In this document: positions 42,394 to 51,836 of the stretch, piece by piece
Layout: each line of letters begins with the position of its first letter
How positions within the stretch are numbered: position 1 is the first letter of the stretch
Origin: an uncultured Pseudomonadota bacterium
GTDB taxonomy: Bacteria; Pseudomonadota; Alphaproteobacteria; Rs-D84
Direction: 5' to 3'
Length of the DNA stretch: 64,000 bases
Assembly: GCA_902787665.1 (NCBI GenBank)
Contig: CADAHF010000002.1
Location: 2,637-66,636, forward strand
The notes under the pieces: generated by a model
What the model saw: only the letters and a program-made list of their open reading frames with translations
What the model was told of the DNA's origin: nothing
The model's database searches: none
Program-made: the position numbers and the translations under genes

Positions 42394-42438
42394 TTTTATC
42401 TCCCATTTACCAACAGCTTACAACCTAAAACCCACAAC

Positions 42439-42732
42439 CTATATCGGCATATCGGCGGTTGCATCACTCATCACATTGTCTATAACTTCATCTGCTTTTG
42501 ATTTTGCATCACGCAACGCAGCCAAAACAATTTGCGATATTTCATCAGCAACGCGCCCAGATATATCTTCACGCAATTTTAATGAAACCAAGTCGTATTT
42601 ACCAGTCATTTCAACAATGCATGCACCATTATCAGCAATTCCGCGCACAGTTGTATTTGCCAATTTTTCCTGGGCCTCAGCAACACGCGACTGTAACTGT
42701 TGTGCCTGTTGCATCAAATCTTGCATTTCCAT
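42439..42732 (-). CDS. ybaB: YbaB/EbfC-family nucleoid-associated protein
   Basis: LMQQAQQLQSRVAEAQEKLANTTVRGIADNGACIVEMTGKYDLVSLKL is the typical YbaB layout. Confidence 0.85.
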   Translation of the reverse strand: MEMQDLMQQAQQLQSRVAEAQEKLANTTVRGIADNGACIVEMTGKYDLVSLKLREDISGRVADEISQIVLAALRDAKSKADEVIDNVMSDATADMPI

Positions 42733-42743
42733 TTTACAATCCT

Positions 42744-43097
42744 TTATCTCTCACGAATTAACATCATTTGAACTGACTTTGCTGGAACATTAAATTTTTT
42801 TGCCACCTCATCTTTCAGTTCCAATGATGAAATCATTTCGTTTGCACAACGAACAACCTGTGCCTTGTCATGATAAGCGTGCTCATAATCAAACAACACC
42901 GGTGATTTTATTTTTCTTCCTTTTGGCCCGATGACTTTTTTGAATATTCGGAATTCGTATCGTTCGTTTGCATTACAAAAGTGTACTTCCATAACAATAT
43001 TCGCGGACAATGCCTTTCTGTATTCTGGAATTTTCTCAACTGAACAATTTAAATATTTTGCCCAATCTTGATCTGACCAATTAATACGATCTTCCAT
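42744..43097 (-). CDS. hypothetical protein (117 aa)
   Basis: ORF 42744..43145 trimmed to MEDRINW (AAGGA RBS). No family recognised. Confidence 0.5.
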   Translation of the reverse strand: MEDRINWSDQDWAKYLNCSVEKIPEYRKALSANIVMEVHFCNANERYEFRIFKKVIGPKGRKIKSPVLFDYEHAYHDKAQVVRCANEMISSLELKDEVAKKFNVPAKSVQMMLIRER

Positions 43098-43160
43098 TGT
43101 TTGTCCTTGGTTGGTTAAGTTTAAATGTGCCTCAGACCGAGGCACATTTTTGTTGCTTTA

Positions 43161-45326
43161 CTATTTGACTTCTTTACCGGTCTTTTGATCGATTCCAACC
43201 ATAGACATACGGGTTTTACCACGTTTGTCTGCCCCAAGGTAACGAACAAATACTTTGTCGCCTTCCTTGATTTTGGTGTCTTCGATTTTTGCAATGCGTT
43301 CACCAGTAATTTCAGAAATGTGAACCATCGATTCAAAACCGTTCAAGATTTTTACAAACAGACCAAAGTCTTTTATCCCAGACACAACACCTTCATAGAT
43401 TTCGCCAACTTCTGGTTCGGCAACGATGTCTTTGATGCGCGCAATAGCGGCATCAGCATCTTCTTTGGATGTTGCCATAATCTTGATTGTGCCATCATCG
43501 GACAAATCAATTGTTGTGTTTGTATCACGGGTTAATGCCTGGATAACAGCACCACCTTTGCCAATCACATCACGAACTTTGTCTGGATTGATTTTCATGG
43601 TATATGCTTGTGGCGCAAATTCAGAAACCGTTTTGCGTGGGGCCTTGATTGCTTTTTCAATCTTGCCCAAGATGTGCATACGGCCATCTTTTGCCTGTGC
43701 CAAAGCATGTTCCATAATTTCAAATGTAATGGATGTGATTTTGATATCCATCTGCAATGCTGTAATACCACGATCGGTTCCTGTTACTTTAAAGTCCATG
43801 TCCCCAAGGTGGTCTTCATCACCCAAAATATCGGTCAAAATCGCATAATCATCGCCTTCTTTGATAAGGCCCATTGCGATACCTGCAACTGGACGTGTTA
43901 ATGGAACACCACCATCCATCATAGCAAGTGTTGCACCGCATGTTGTTGCCATTGATGACGAACCATTTGATTCCAAAATATCCGAAACAACGCGGATAAC
44001 ATAATCAAACTTTTCACGTGATGGCACCATTGGATGCAATGCACGCCATGCCAAATTACCATGGCCCAATTCACGACGACCAGGCGATTTCAAACCCTTG
44101 GCTTCACCAACTGAATAACCTGGGAAGTTATAGTTCAAAATAAAGTCGCGTTCTTCGGTACCGTCCAAACTTTCGATTGGCAATGCATCTTTATCACCAC
44201 CCAAGGTTAACGAAACCAACGCCTGTGTTTCACCGCGTGTAAATAATGCAGAACCGTGTGCGCGTGGCAAAACACCCAATTCAATTTCAATCGGACGAAC
44301 CGTCTTGGTGTCGCGACCATCAATACGTGGTTTGCCGGCCAAGATATTGCTGCGCATAATGCGGGCAGTGATACCTTCAACAATTTCATCAGCAAATGAT
44401 TCCAATGTTGATGTAGCAGTTGTGCTTTCTGGGAACAATTCTGGGATACGCGCCTTGGCCGCTGCATGAATTTCACCCAAAGTTTCCAAACGTGTCAATT
44501 TTTCTTTGATTTGCAATGCTTCTTCGATTTGTGGTGCAAATTGTTCGAAATCTTTTTCCATTGCAACATATTCGGCTGTGTGTTCAGGTGTTGCCCAACG
44601 TTCTTTACCGGCTTTTTCTGTCAATTCGTTGATTGCAGCAATAACGGTTTGTTGTGCATCAAAACCGAATTTCACAGCACCCAATGTCGTTTTTTCGTCC
44701 AATTCACCGATTTCAGATTCAACCATCAAAACACCATCTTTGGTTGCAGCAACGACCAAATCCATTTCGGAATCTTCAACCGCTTTCTTAGATGGGTTAA
44801 GGATGTATTTGCCATCTGCATAACCAACACGTGCCGCGCCAATCGGGCCAGCAAACGGAACACCAGACAAAGCCAACGCGGCACTTGATGCAATCATCGC
44901 GACAATATCCGGCTGATTCTTTTTATCGTATGAAAATGTTTGTGCGATAATTTGAACCTTGTTCTTAAATGTTTCTGGGAACAACGGACGAATTGGACGA
45001 TCAATCAAACGCGCAATCAAAGTTTCGTTTGTTGATGCCTTGCCTTCACGTCTGTCGCGTGAACCCGGAATACGTCCAGCAGATGCAAATTTTTCTTGAT
45101 AATCAACGGTTAATGGAAAGAAATCTTGTCCTTCGACAGCTGTCTTTTCAGCACAAACAGTTGCCAAAACCATTGTTCCACCCATTGTTGCCAAAACTGC
45201 ACCGTTCGCCTGTTTTGCCATACGACCAGTTTCCAAGCGCAGCGTTTCATCGCCATATTGAACCTCAACCACCACAGGGTTGTTCAAATGTTTCTTTTCG
45301 TCTTTGTTTAATAAACCAAATAACAT
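43161..45326 (-). CDS. pnp: polyribonucleotide nucleotidyltransferase (PNPase)
   Basis: Two RNase PH domains, a KH domain and an S1 domain (..GEIYEGVVSGIKDFGLFVKI..). GGAG RBS. Confidence 0.95.
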   Translation of the reverse strand: MLFGLLNKDEKKHLNNPVVVEVQYGDETLRLETGRMAKQANGAVLATMGGTMVLATVCAEKTAVEGQDFFPLTVDYQEKFASAGRIPGSRDRREGKASTNETLIARLIDRPIRPLFPETFKNKVQIIAQTFSYDKKNQPDIVAMIASSAALALSGVPFAGPIGAARVGYADGKYILNPSKKAVEDSEMDLVVAATKDGVLMVESEIGELDEKTTLGAVKFGFDAQQTVIAAINELTEKAGKERWATPEHTAEYVAMEKDFEQFAPQIEEALQIKEKLTRLETLGEIHAAAKARIPELFPESTTATSTLESFADEIVEGITARIMRSNILAGKPRIDGRDTKTVRPIEIELGVLPRAHGSALFTRGETQALVSLTLGGDKDALPIESLDGTEERDFILNYNFPGYSVGEAKGLKSPGRRELGHGNLAWRALHPMVPSREKFDYVIRVVSDILESNGSSSMATTCGATLAMMDGGVPLTRPVAGIAMGLIKEGDDYAILTDILGDEDHLGDMDFKVTGTDRGITALQMDIKITSITFEIMEHALAQAKDGRMHILGKIEKAIKAPRKTVSEFAPQAYTMKINPDKVRDVIGKGGAVIQALTRDTNTTIDLSDDGTIKIMATSKEDADAAIARIKDIVAEPEVGEIYEGVVSGIKDFGLFVKILNGFESMVHISEITGERIAKIEDTKIKEGDKVFVRYLGADKRGKTRMSMVGIDQKTGKEVK

Positions 45327-45443
45327 ACTTTATTCTCCTGTTTTTGTTTATTCATTTTTTGGTTTGTGACGGAGAAAAATCATTCATCTTTGCACTCTTG
45401 TTCTTAAGCACAAAAAAGAACAATTTAGCCCCCGCCGAATGCG

Positions 45444-45471
45444 ATTATAGAGCATATTTAATCGTTTGCAA
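45444..45471 (-). promoter_or_regulatory. sigma70-like promoter TTGCAA-16-TATAAT for pnp
   Basis: On the minus strand: TTGCAA (45471-45466), 16 nt, TATAAT (45449-45444). The ~110-nt leader contains an 8-bp hairpin TTGTTCTT/AAGAACAA. Confidence 0.6.
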
Positions 45472-45498
45472 ATATTAAATGGTGTTTTTATATGATTT

Positions 45499-46095
45499 TT
45501 ATATCAAACAAGCCAACGCTGCACTGGCATTTTTAAGCATAAACCAACCAATGCGATAATTCGTCATGTATACCGTTGCCATAAACAACCCCAGCATAGC
45601 AATAACCATAATTACATTGGACTTTTTACCATGCATACAATATGCACTGATATTATAAAACAAGAATAACACATATGCATCACACAACAGACTGATAATC
45701 CAAAGTGATGTGCAATTAAATGCCAGCGCATTCAGCACCAGTATTGTTGGATACACGAACATAATAGAAGCCAATCCCTTAATCGCGATTTCCCAGTCAC
45801 GTTCACCGCCAGTTATTTCGGAAACCAACATAAGCAATCCGCCACACACAAACAATAGTGCCACTGCTAAAACAGGCATAATTATAATCGCGGTAAACAC
45901 CGAACCAATTGTGATTGTTGCACCGCCAAGTAAGCGAATTCCAAGCACCAAAACCCCACCAATAAGACCATAAATAAACGCCTTGAACATCGATTCATCC
46001 AAATTACCATCGGCAACAATCTTCGTAAAATACCGCTTTGGGTTTACAATAATATCCCAAAAATGATTTTTGCGTGCGCTGGTCTTTTGTTTCAT
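45499..46095 (-). CDS. Yip1-like multi-pass membrane protein
   Basis: Cytosolic N-terminus then 5 TM helices. The FKAFIYGLIGGVL pattern is reminiscent of the Yip1/DUF1282 family. Confidence 0.45.
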   Translation of the reverse strand: MKQKTSARKNHFWDIIVNPKRYFTKIVADGNLDESMFKAFIYGLIGGVLVLGIRLLGGATITIGSVFTAIIIMPVLAVALLFVCGGLLMLVSEITGGERDWEIAIKGLASIMFVYPTILVLNALAFNCTSLWIISLLCDAYVLFLFYNISAYCMHGKKSNVIMVIAMLGLFMATVYMTNYRIGWFMLKNASAALACLI

Positions 46096-46164
46096 ATTTC
46101 TCTTCCTTTGTTTGATTATTTATATTTTTGCTTTATAATTGCAAAAAAGCAACGAGAAAATGAT

Positions 46165-47496
46165 ATGAAAATAGTAATAGCGGGTCGCCCCAATACAGGC
46201 AAGTCGACATTGTTTAATGGTTTAACGGGAACGCGTGATGCATTGGTGCATGACCGCCCAGGTGTAACGCGTGATACGTTATCGGGAATTGTTCTTAACC
46301 GCGATTATGAAATAACCGACACAGCGGGTCTGGAACATGCAAAATCTGGCATTGCACATGATTCAACCGACATGGCGGTTACTGCAATCAGCGAATCTGA
46401 TGCTGTATTATTTGTCGTCGATGGTCGTGTTGGCGTTACAGCCGAAGATACCGACTGGGCACGCATTGTTCATCGTAAAACGAAATCACCAGTGTTGCTG
46501 TTGGTTAACAAAAGCGAATCGAAAAATAGGCTTGCCGATGTAAATGAATTTTATAAATTGGGCTTTGGGGAACCAGTATTGATTTCTGCTGAACACAAAC
46601 GCGGATTTGATGAAATTTACGAATTTATGGATAAAGTCGCCGGCGAAAATGTTCAAAAAACGCCGGCAAATACTGGCAACAATCAGCGCATAAAAATAGC
46701 CGTTTTGGGTCAGCCAAATGTTGGTAAATCAACTTTTGTAAATCGTGTATTGGGTGAAAAGCGTCAAATCGTTCAAGATGCGCCCGGCATCACACGTGAT
46801 ACTGTTAAAATTCCAACAACCTTTTATGGTCGCGATATCGTTTTGATGGATACAGCGGGCTTGCGTCGTAAAGCTGGTGTGACCGACGATGTTGAAACAT
46901 TGTCTGCACTAAAATCGTTGGACGCAATTGATAAAGCAGATGTTGTTATTTTAATGGTTGATGCAACGCGTGATATTGAAAATCAGGCGTTGTCTATTGC
47001 TGGTCGTGTTTATGATGCTGGTAAAATCTTATGTGTTGCACTGAACAAATGGGATTTGGTTGATACAGAATTGCGTGATGAAAAATTGTTAAAATTAAAA
47101 CATCAATTCACTAATTCTTTCCATCAAATTATAAAACCACTTATTTTAGCGGTGTCCGCTGAGGTGGGAACCGGTGTCCAAAATATGTTTCGTCGTATTT
47201 ATGAACAATGTGATTTATCATGCGCAACCGTACCAACAAGTTTATTAAATCGTATTGTTGAAAAATTGGTTGAATCACGCCAACCACCAATGTCGCGTCT
47301 GAAACGTCCAATGAAAATAAAATTTGCGCGCCAGGTTGGCACACATCCAATGCGAATCGCAATAAATGTTGGTGGGGCATCTGATATTCCAGAATCATAT
47401 ACGCGTTATTTACGTCGTGGTATTGCAAATGAATTAAAATGGGAACACTTGCCAATTATTATCGAATATAAAAAAGCAGAGAACCCATTTGATTAA
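46165..47496 (+). CDS. der: ribosome-associated GTPase Der (EngA)
   Basis: Two tandem G domains (GRPNTGKST..DTAG..NKSE; GQPNVGKST..DTAG..NKWD) and a KH-like C-terminus. Start moved to MKIVIAG. Confidence 0.92.
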   Translation: MKIVIAGRPNTGKSTLFNGLTGTRDALVHDRPGVTRDTLSGIVLNRDYEITDTAGLEHAKSGIAHDSTDMAVTAISESDAVLFVVDGRVGVTAEDTDWARIVHRKTKSPVLLLVNKSESKNRLADVNEFYKLGFGEPVLISAEHKRGFDEIYEFMDKVAGENVQKTPANTGNNQRIKIAVLGQPNVGKSTFVNRVLGEKRQIVQDAPGITRDTVKIPTTFYGRDIVLMDTAGLRRKAGVTDDVETLSALKSLDAIDKADVVILMVDATRDIENQALSIAGRVYDAGKILCVALNKWDLVDTELRDEKLLKLKHQFTNSFHQIIKPLILAVSAEVGTGVQNMFRRIYEQCDLSCATVPTSLLNRIVEKLVESRQPPMSRLKRPMKIKFARQVGTHPMRIAINVGGASDIPESYTRYLRRGIANELKWEHLPIIIEYKKAENPFD

Positions 47497-47508
47497 TAAA
47501 ATGTGTAT

Positions 47509-47538
47509 AAAAAACGCCGAATTAATCGGCGTTTTTTA
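47509..47538. terminator. bidirectional terminator ACGCCGA-attaa-TCGGCGT between convergent der and infC
   Basis: 7-bp stem at 47514-47532 flanked by A6 and T6. Confidence 0.75.
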
Positions 47539-48090
47539 TTATTGTTTGACTGGTGCAATAATAATTGATTTTGTTCGTTCGTCTGGTTTTGATTTTGCTT
47601 CCAGTGTCGCTTTATCTTTCACAAGTTCTAAAACACGCGCAAACAATTCTGGAATAGCATCTTTAGCACGAGCTAAAACCTTTTTATTTCCATGTTTCAT
47701 AACCGCAATTTTAACCTTGTTGCCATTATCCAGAAATTCGAACACCTTTTTCATTTTTATGTTTAAATCATTTTCCTCAATAAAAGGTCTTATCCACACT
47801 TCTTTCATTTCAATGGATTTCTGGTTTTTGCGTGCTTCGCTTGCGCGTTTCTTTTGGTCGTATTTGAATTTACCGTAATCCATAATTTTTACAATTGGTG
47901 GGACATTGGTGGCATTTATTTCAACCAAATCAAGACCATCATTCGATGCGATCTGCAACGCCTGTTCTGTTGGCATAACACCAAGATTTTTACCGTCGCT
48001 GCTTATTACTTGCACTGTTTTGGCAAAAATTCGGTTGTTCATACGTGGACCTAAGTCACGACGATTATCATGATTGTTTACAGGTTTAAT
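47539..48090 (-). CDS. infC: translation initiation factor IF-3, initiated at ATT
   Basis: In-frame extension of ORF 47539..48042: GGAG-cgtaaa-ATT AAA CCT.. gives IKPVNNHDNRRDLGPRMNNRIFAKTVQVI.. The GPR(I/M)N motif belongs to the IF-3 N-terminus. Confidence 0.85.
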   Translation of the reverse strand: MKPVNNHDNRRDLGPRMNNRIFAKTVQVISSDGKNLGVMPTEQALQIASNDGLDLVEINATNVPPIVKIMDYGKFKYDQKKRASEARKNQKSIEMKEVWIRPFIEENDLNIKMKKVFEFLDNGNKVKIAVMKHGNKKVLARAKDAIPELFARVLELVKDKATLEAKSKPDERTKSIIIAPVKQ

Positions 48091-48126
48091 TTTACGCTCC
48101 TTTTATTTTTATAAGTCGATTATTTA

Positions 48127-48885
48127 TTATTTTTGCACTATTTTCAACAAATTTTGTATATTTTGTAATGCATCCCAAACATCGCGTTTTGCAGATGGTT
48201 TTAATGCCAAATAGTTCGGGTGATAAATCGGCATTAATTTTGCACCAAAATCCGTATCAATTACTTTACCATGTTCTTTGGACAACTGAATGTGCCCAAA
48301 TTCCGATGCTGGCAGCGAACCAAGTGTTAAAACAACAGCTGGATTCATCATTTGAATCAACCTTTCTACAAAAGGTTTTGCCAAATCAATTTCTTCCCGT
48401 GTTGGTGTACGACCACCAGGTGTGCGCCAAAAAAGCATTGGAACAATCGACACTGAATCGCGCGATATATTGATAGCGTTTAGCATTTTGTTAATCATTT
48501 CACCAGCCACCCCTGATAGTATTTTACCCGATGCATCATCTTCGGCGCCCGGCATATCTGTCAAAATCATTAAACCATTTGGGTTTTGTGCAATATCCGG
48601 CAACACTACATTTGTTACGCTGCGCCGAAGCGGATGATTAAATTCGCCAATCATTCGACACAACGAATCAATATCGGTTGGACGGGCAGCCATTGATATC
48701 ACAGTTGATAGAGAAATGTTCTGTATTGGCGCAATAGGAGGAACAATTGTAGATGTCGGGGTACGCAAAACCGCCGATTCTGTTTTTTGTTTTACAGAAT
48801 CAAACCTTGTCGGGACATTTGGATTTTCATTTAGTTCCCATTTTACCCCAGACAACATCAAATCTTGTAAATCACCACGCAACAT
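48127..48885 (-). CDS. uracil-DNA glycosylase family protein (family-4-like) with N-terminal extension
   Basis: MILTDMPGAEDDASGKILSG, ..VVLTLG.., and HPNYLA near the C-terminus fit the family 4/5 UDG layout. The active-site motif is somewhat degenerate. Confidence 0.65.
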   Translation of the reverse strand: MLRGDLQDLMLSGVKWELNENPNVPTRFDSVKQKTESAVLRTPTSTIVPPIAPIQNISLSTVISMAARPTDIDSLCRMIGEFNHPLRRSVTNVVLPDIAQNPNGLMILTDMPGAEDDASGKILSGVAGEMINKMLNAINISRDSVSIVPMLFWRTPGGRTPTREEIDLAKPFVERLIQMMNPAVVLTLGSLPASEFGHIQLSKEHGKVIDTDFGAKLMPIYHPNYLALKPSAKRDVWDALQNIQNLLKIVQK

Positions 48886-48964
48886 TTAAGTGTTTTTCCT
48901 TGCTTTTTTAGATATTCTGCTATAAAATATACCACGAGTAACAAAAACTCAAGGGAGTATTTTC

Positions 48965-49381
48965 ATGAAAATAAAAAACTTTGCTATGTTGGCCGGTGTT
49001 GCTGCTTTATTGGCGGCTTGTGGCGGCTCTAAAATCACAGAACCTGCTGACTTGAACGATCAGCGTGTGTTCTTTGCGTTCAACTCATCGGAAATTTCTG
49101 ATGAAGCGCGCGACAACCTGTTGGGTCAAGCTTTGTATATGAAAAACCATGAAAAAGTCAAAATCCAGATTGCTGGTAATTGCGACGAACGTGGTTCCAC
49201 AGAATACAACTTGGCATTGGGTGCGCGTCGTGCAAACGCAGCTAAAAATGTCATCGTCAAAGACGGTGTAAGTGCAAAACGTATCTCTACAATTTCATAC
49301 GGTAAAGAACGTCCATTGGTCCAAGGATCTGGCGAAAAAGTATGGAAATGGAATCGTAATGCAACAACAACAGTTAAATAA
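48965..49381 (+). CDS. pal: peptidoglycan-associated lipoprotein Pal
   Basis: Lipobox LLAACGG. VFFAFNSSEI..GNCDERGSTEYNLALGARRANA..YGKERP is an OmpA_C motif. Confidence 0.9.
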   Translation: MKIKNFAMLAGVAALLAACGGSKITEPADLNDQRVFFAFNSSEISDEARDNLLGQALYMKNHEKVKIQIAGNCDERGSTEYNLALGARRANAAKNVIVKDGVSAKRISTISYGKERPLVQGSGEKVWKWNRNATTTVK

Positions 49382-49392
49382 TATTTAATTGT

Positions 49393-49424
49393 AAAAAAAC
49401 ACCGGCTTTTGCCGGTGTTTTTTT
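49393..49424. terminator. bidirectional terminator ACACCGGC-tttt-GCCGGTGT between convergent pal and parB
   Basis: 8-bp stem at 49399-49418 flanked by A7 and T7. Confidence 0.8.
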
Positions 49425-49426
49425 AC

Positions 49427-50305
49427 TTATTTTTGAATTAATTTTTTTATCAATTCGTTCAATTCGATTCGCGATTTAAATGCTATTACTATCTGACCTG
49501 CCCCACCCCGTCGTTCAACAATTTTAACAGGTGCCCCAAGTGCCTTTGTAAGACCCTCTTGCATTGATTTTAATGCGGCAGAATCCATAGTTGTTATTGT
49601 ATGTGTGCGACTTTTTGTTGAACGTTTCGAATTACGAACAAGCGCACCTGTTTCTTCCACAGATAGTTTTTTATTCTTTATCTCGTTTGCTAATTTTTCT
49701 GGATTTTCTGCAACCGCAATAGTGCGCGCATGCGATGCAGAAATATCACCGTCTTGAACCATTCTTTGCACAGATTCTGGTAATTCTGTAAGACGAATTG
49801 AATTACGAATATAGCTTTCTGATTTGCCGATTAAACGAACGACATCGATCATTTCGTAACCACATTTCTGCATAAGGTTTTTATATGCATTGGCCTCTTC
49901 AATAGGATTAAGGTTTTCGCGTTGGACGTTTTCAATCAATGCGATTTCCATCGCGTTTTCGTTTGATATTGTTTTTATTATTGCCGGAATTTCGGTTAAT
50001 CCGGCAAGTTTGCTTGCACGAAAACGCCGTTCCCCAGCGACAATTTCGTACATATATAGCTGATCAGCGACACTACGCAACAAAATTGGTTGAATTACAC
50101 CACGTTCACGAATAGACGTCGCCAAATCATTTAATTCAGAATCAGAAAATGTCTTACGTGGCTGGTCCGGATTTGCGCCAATTTGATTAAGTGGTATTTT
50201 GCGAACAACTATGCGTTCTGCACCAGTTAATATAGACATTTCTGGAACAGTTCCAATTTCTTTTTCTAAATCTTCAAGTCCACGACCCAATCCAAATTTT
50301 GCCAT
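49427..50305 (-). CDS. parB: chromosome partitioning protein ParB
   Basis: IQPILLR, IVAGERRFRASKLAGL, HTH region and C-terminal dimerisation segment. Confidence 0.9.
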   Translation of the reverse strand: MAKFGLGRGLEDLEKEIGTVPEMSILTGAERIVVRKIPLNQIGANPDQPRKTFSDSELNDLATSIRERGVIQPILLRSVADQLYMYEIVAGERRFRASKLAGLTEIPAIIKTISNENAMEIALIENVQRENLNPIEEANAYKNLMQKCGYEMIDVVRLIGKSESYIRNSIRLTELPESVQRMVQDGDISASHARTIAVAENPEKLANEIKNKKLSVEETGALVRNSKRSTKSRTHTITTMDSAALKSMQEGLTKALGAPVKIVERRGGAGQIVIAFKSRIELNELIKKLIQK

Positions 50306-50311
50306 TTTATA

Positions 50312-51085
50312 TCAAGCCCCCTGCTCTATCTTTTGAACAACTTCGGTTGCTACACGCAAATATGCCTGGGCACCAGGTGAATTAAAATCATAAAACAGTG
50401 CCGGTTTACCGTGACTTGGCGCCTCTGCCACACGAACATTGCGTGGCACAATGGTTTTAAATACTGTATCACCAAATTTTTTACGCACATCTTCGTCAAC
50501 CGCACGCGTCATACCGTATTGCTTGGTATACATAGTTAACAAAACACCCAATATTTCCAATTCGGGATTCCACCGATTGTGAATTTCGTTAATTGATTTC
50601 ACCATATGGGTTATTCCTTCAAGTGCATAAAATTCGCACTGCATAGGGATAATTACATAGTTTGCGGCTACAAGTGCATTAATTGTTATAAGACCCAATG
50701 CCGGCGGACAATCAAGCAATATATAGTCATAGTGTTGTGCAATTTGTGTCAACGCATCACGCAAACGATATTCGCGCCGTTCAAGATCCATTAATTCAAC
50801 CTCAGCATCCGCAAGTTGCATTGTTGATGGCATTATATGCATATTGGGTATTGCGGTTGTAAGTATGTTTTCTGATGGTTTTGATGTCCCCAGTAACACG
50901 CCGTAAACACTTTGTTTGTGCGCTGTACGAACGAACCCAAGACCGGTGCCTGCATTACCCTGGGAATCAAGATCAATTAATAACACGCGCCGGCCAATTG
51001 TTGCAAGCGACGCACCAATATTTACCGCGGTTGTTGTTTTTCCAACACCACCTTTTTGATTTGCAAATGCGATAATTTGAACCAT
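50312..51085 (-). CDS. parA: chromosome partitioning ATPase ParA/Soj
   Basis: IIAFANQKGGVGKTTTAVNIG deviant Walker A. Start moved from TTG 51124 to ATG 51085. Confidence 0.9.
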   Translation of the reverse strand: MVQIIAFANQKGGVGKTTTAVNIGASLATIGRRVLLIDLDSQGNAGTGLGFVRTAHKQSVYGVLLGTSKPSENILTTAIPNMHIMPSTMQLADAEVELMDLERREYRLRDALTQIAQHYDYILLDCPPALGLITINALVAANYVIIPMQCEFYALEGITHMVKSINEIHNRWNPELEILGVLLTMYTKQYGMTRAVDEDVRKKFGDTVFKTIVPRNVRVAEAPSHGKPALFYDFNSPGAQAYLRVATEVVQKIEQGA

Positions 51086-51175
51086 TTTATTTATAACCTT
51101 TGTTGTAATAATAATTAAAACCAATCAAACGGTCAAGAAAATTATAAAAAACATGTAAAAACAATGTATTATTGC

Positions 51176-51193
51176 TTATTTCATATGAAATAA
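51176..51193. promoter_or_regulatory. parS-like 18-bp perfect palindrome TTATTTCATATGAAATAA (copy 1)
   Basis: Perfect dyad. Resembles canonical parS TGTTTCACGTGAAACA with symmetric G>A, CG>TA, C>T changes. Lies 91 bp upstream of the parA ATG. Confidence 0.45.
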
Positions 51194-51236
51194 AAACTTA
51201 TGGCGCAAAAACACAATAAAAACAAAAAGTTATTTC

Positions 51237-51254
51237 TTATTTCATATGAAATTA
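51237..51254. promoter_or_regulatory. parS-like palindrome (core ATTTCATATGAAAT, copy 2) overlapping rsmG stop
   Basis: A shared 17-bp block cttatttcatatgaaat is repeated 61 bp from copy 1. Confidence 0.45.
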
Positions 51255-51812
51255 CCGGTCTTTTTTGATAATAATTATAAAACCATCACCGGTTTTTGAC
51301 GGTATAAGTTCGTGTTTGAAATTGTATTTTTGTTTTGCGGTGTCAATTTCCGATTCGATTTCCCGGCCTTTTAATAAAAAAAGCCGGCAATTTTTTGTTC
51401 TGGTATAGTCCAAAATTTTAATCAATGGTGCAAATGCGCGTGCAGTGAATACAAAATCAGATGAATTTGCCGGCATTTGCCGGATAAAATCTTCAAGACG
51501 GCCGTGATAAATTTCAAGATTATCCAATTCTAATTCTTGTTTGACAGTATTAAGAAACAATGCTTTTTTTCCAATAGATTCAACACATGTGACGCGCCAG
51601 CCCAAAATAGCCAATACAACCCCTGGAAAACCAGCACCACTGCCCATATCAACGACATGAACATTTTTAGGTAAAACATCCGCCAGCTGTGCAGAATCGG
51701 CAAAATGGCGCACTTCTATATCATTTAAAGTACTGGGCGCAACAAGATTTATGCGTTTCGACCAATCACGCAAAATATCTGCATATCTGTTAAATTTGGC
51801 TTTATTATTCAT
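51252..51812 (-). CDS. rsmG: 16S rRNA (guanine527-N7)-methyltransferase RsmG (GidB)
   Basis: VVDMGSGAGFPGVVLAI SAM motif and position upstream of parAB. Confidence 0.88.
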   Translation of the reverse strand: MNNKAKFNRYADILRDWSKRINLVAPSTLNDIEVRHFADSAQLADVLPKNVHVVDMGSGAGFPGVVLAILGWRVTCVESIGKKALFLNTVKQELELDNLEIYHGRLEDFIRQMPANSSDFVFTARAFAPLIKILDYTRTKNCRLFLLKGREIESEIDTAKQKYNFKHELIPSKTGDGFIIIIKKDR

Positions 51813-51836
51813 AAAGTTTATTATACCATAGCTTTC

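Noticed and set aside
42272-42793. 173-aa plus-strand ORF across xseB and ybaB
   Set aside because: It is antisense to two small genes with clear family signatures and proper RBSs.
43123-43149. Hairpin AAATGTGCCTC-agacc-GAGGCACATTT as the pnp terminator
   Set aside because: The T-run follows the hairpin on the plus strand, not on the minus strand where pnp is transcribed. It may be a 3' stabiliser or read-through structure, but I cannot call it a terminator for pnp with confidence.
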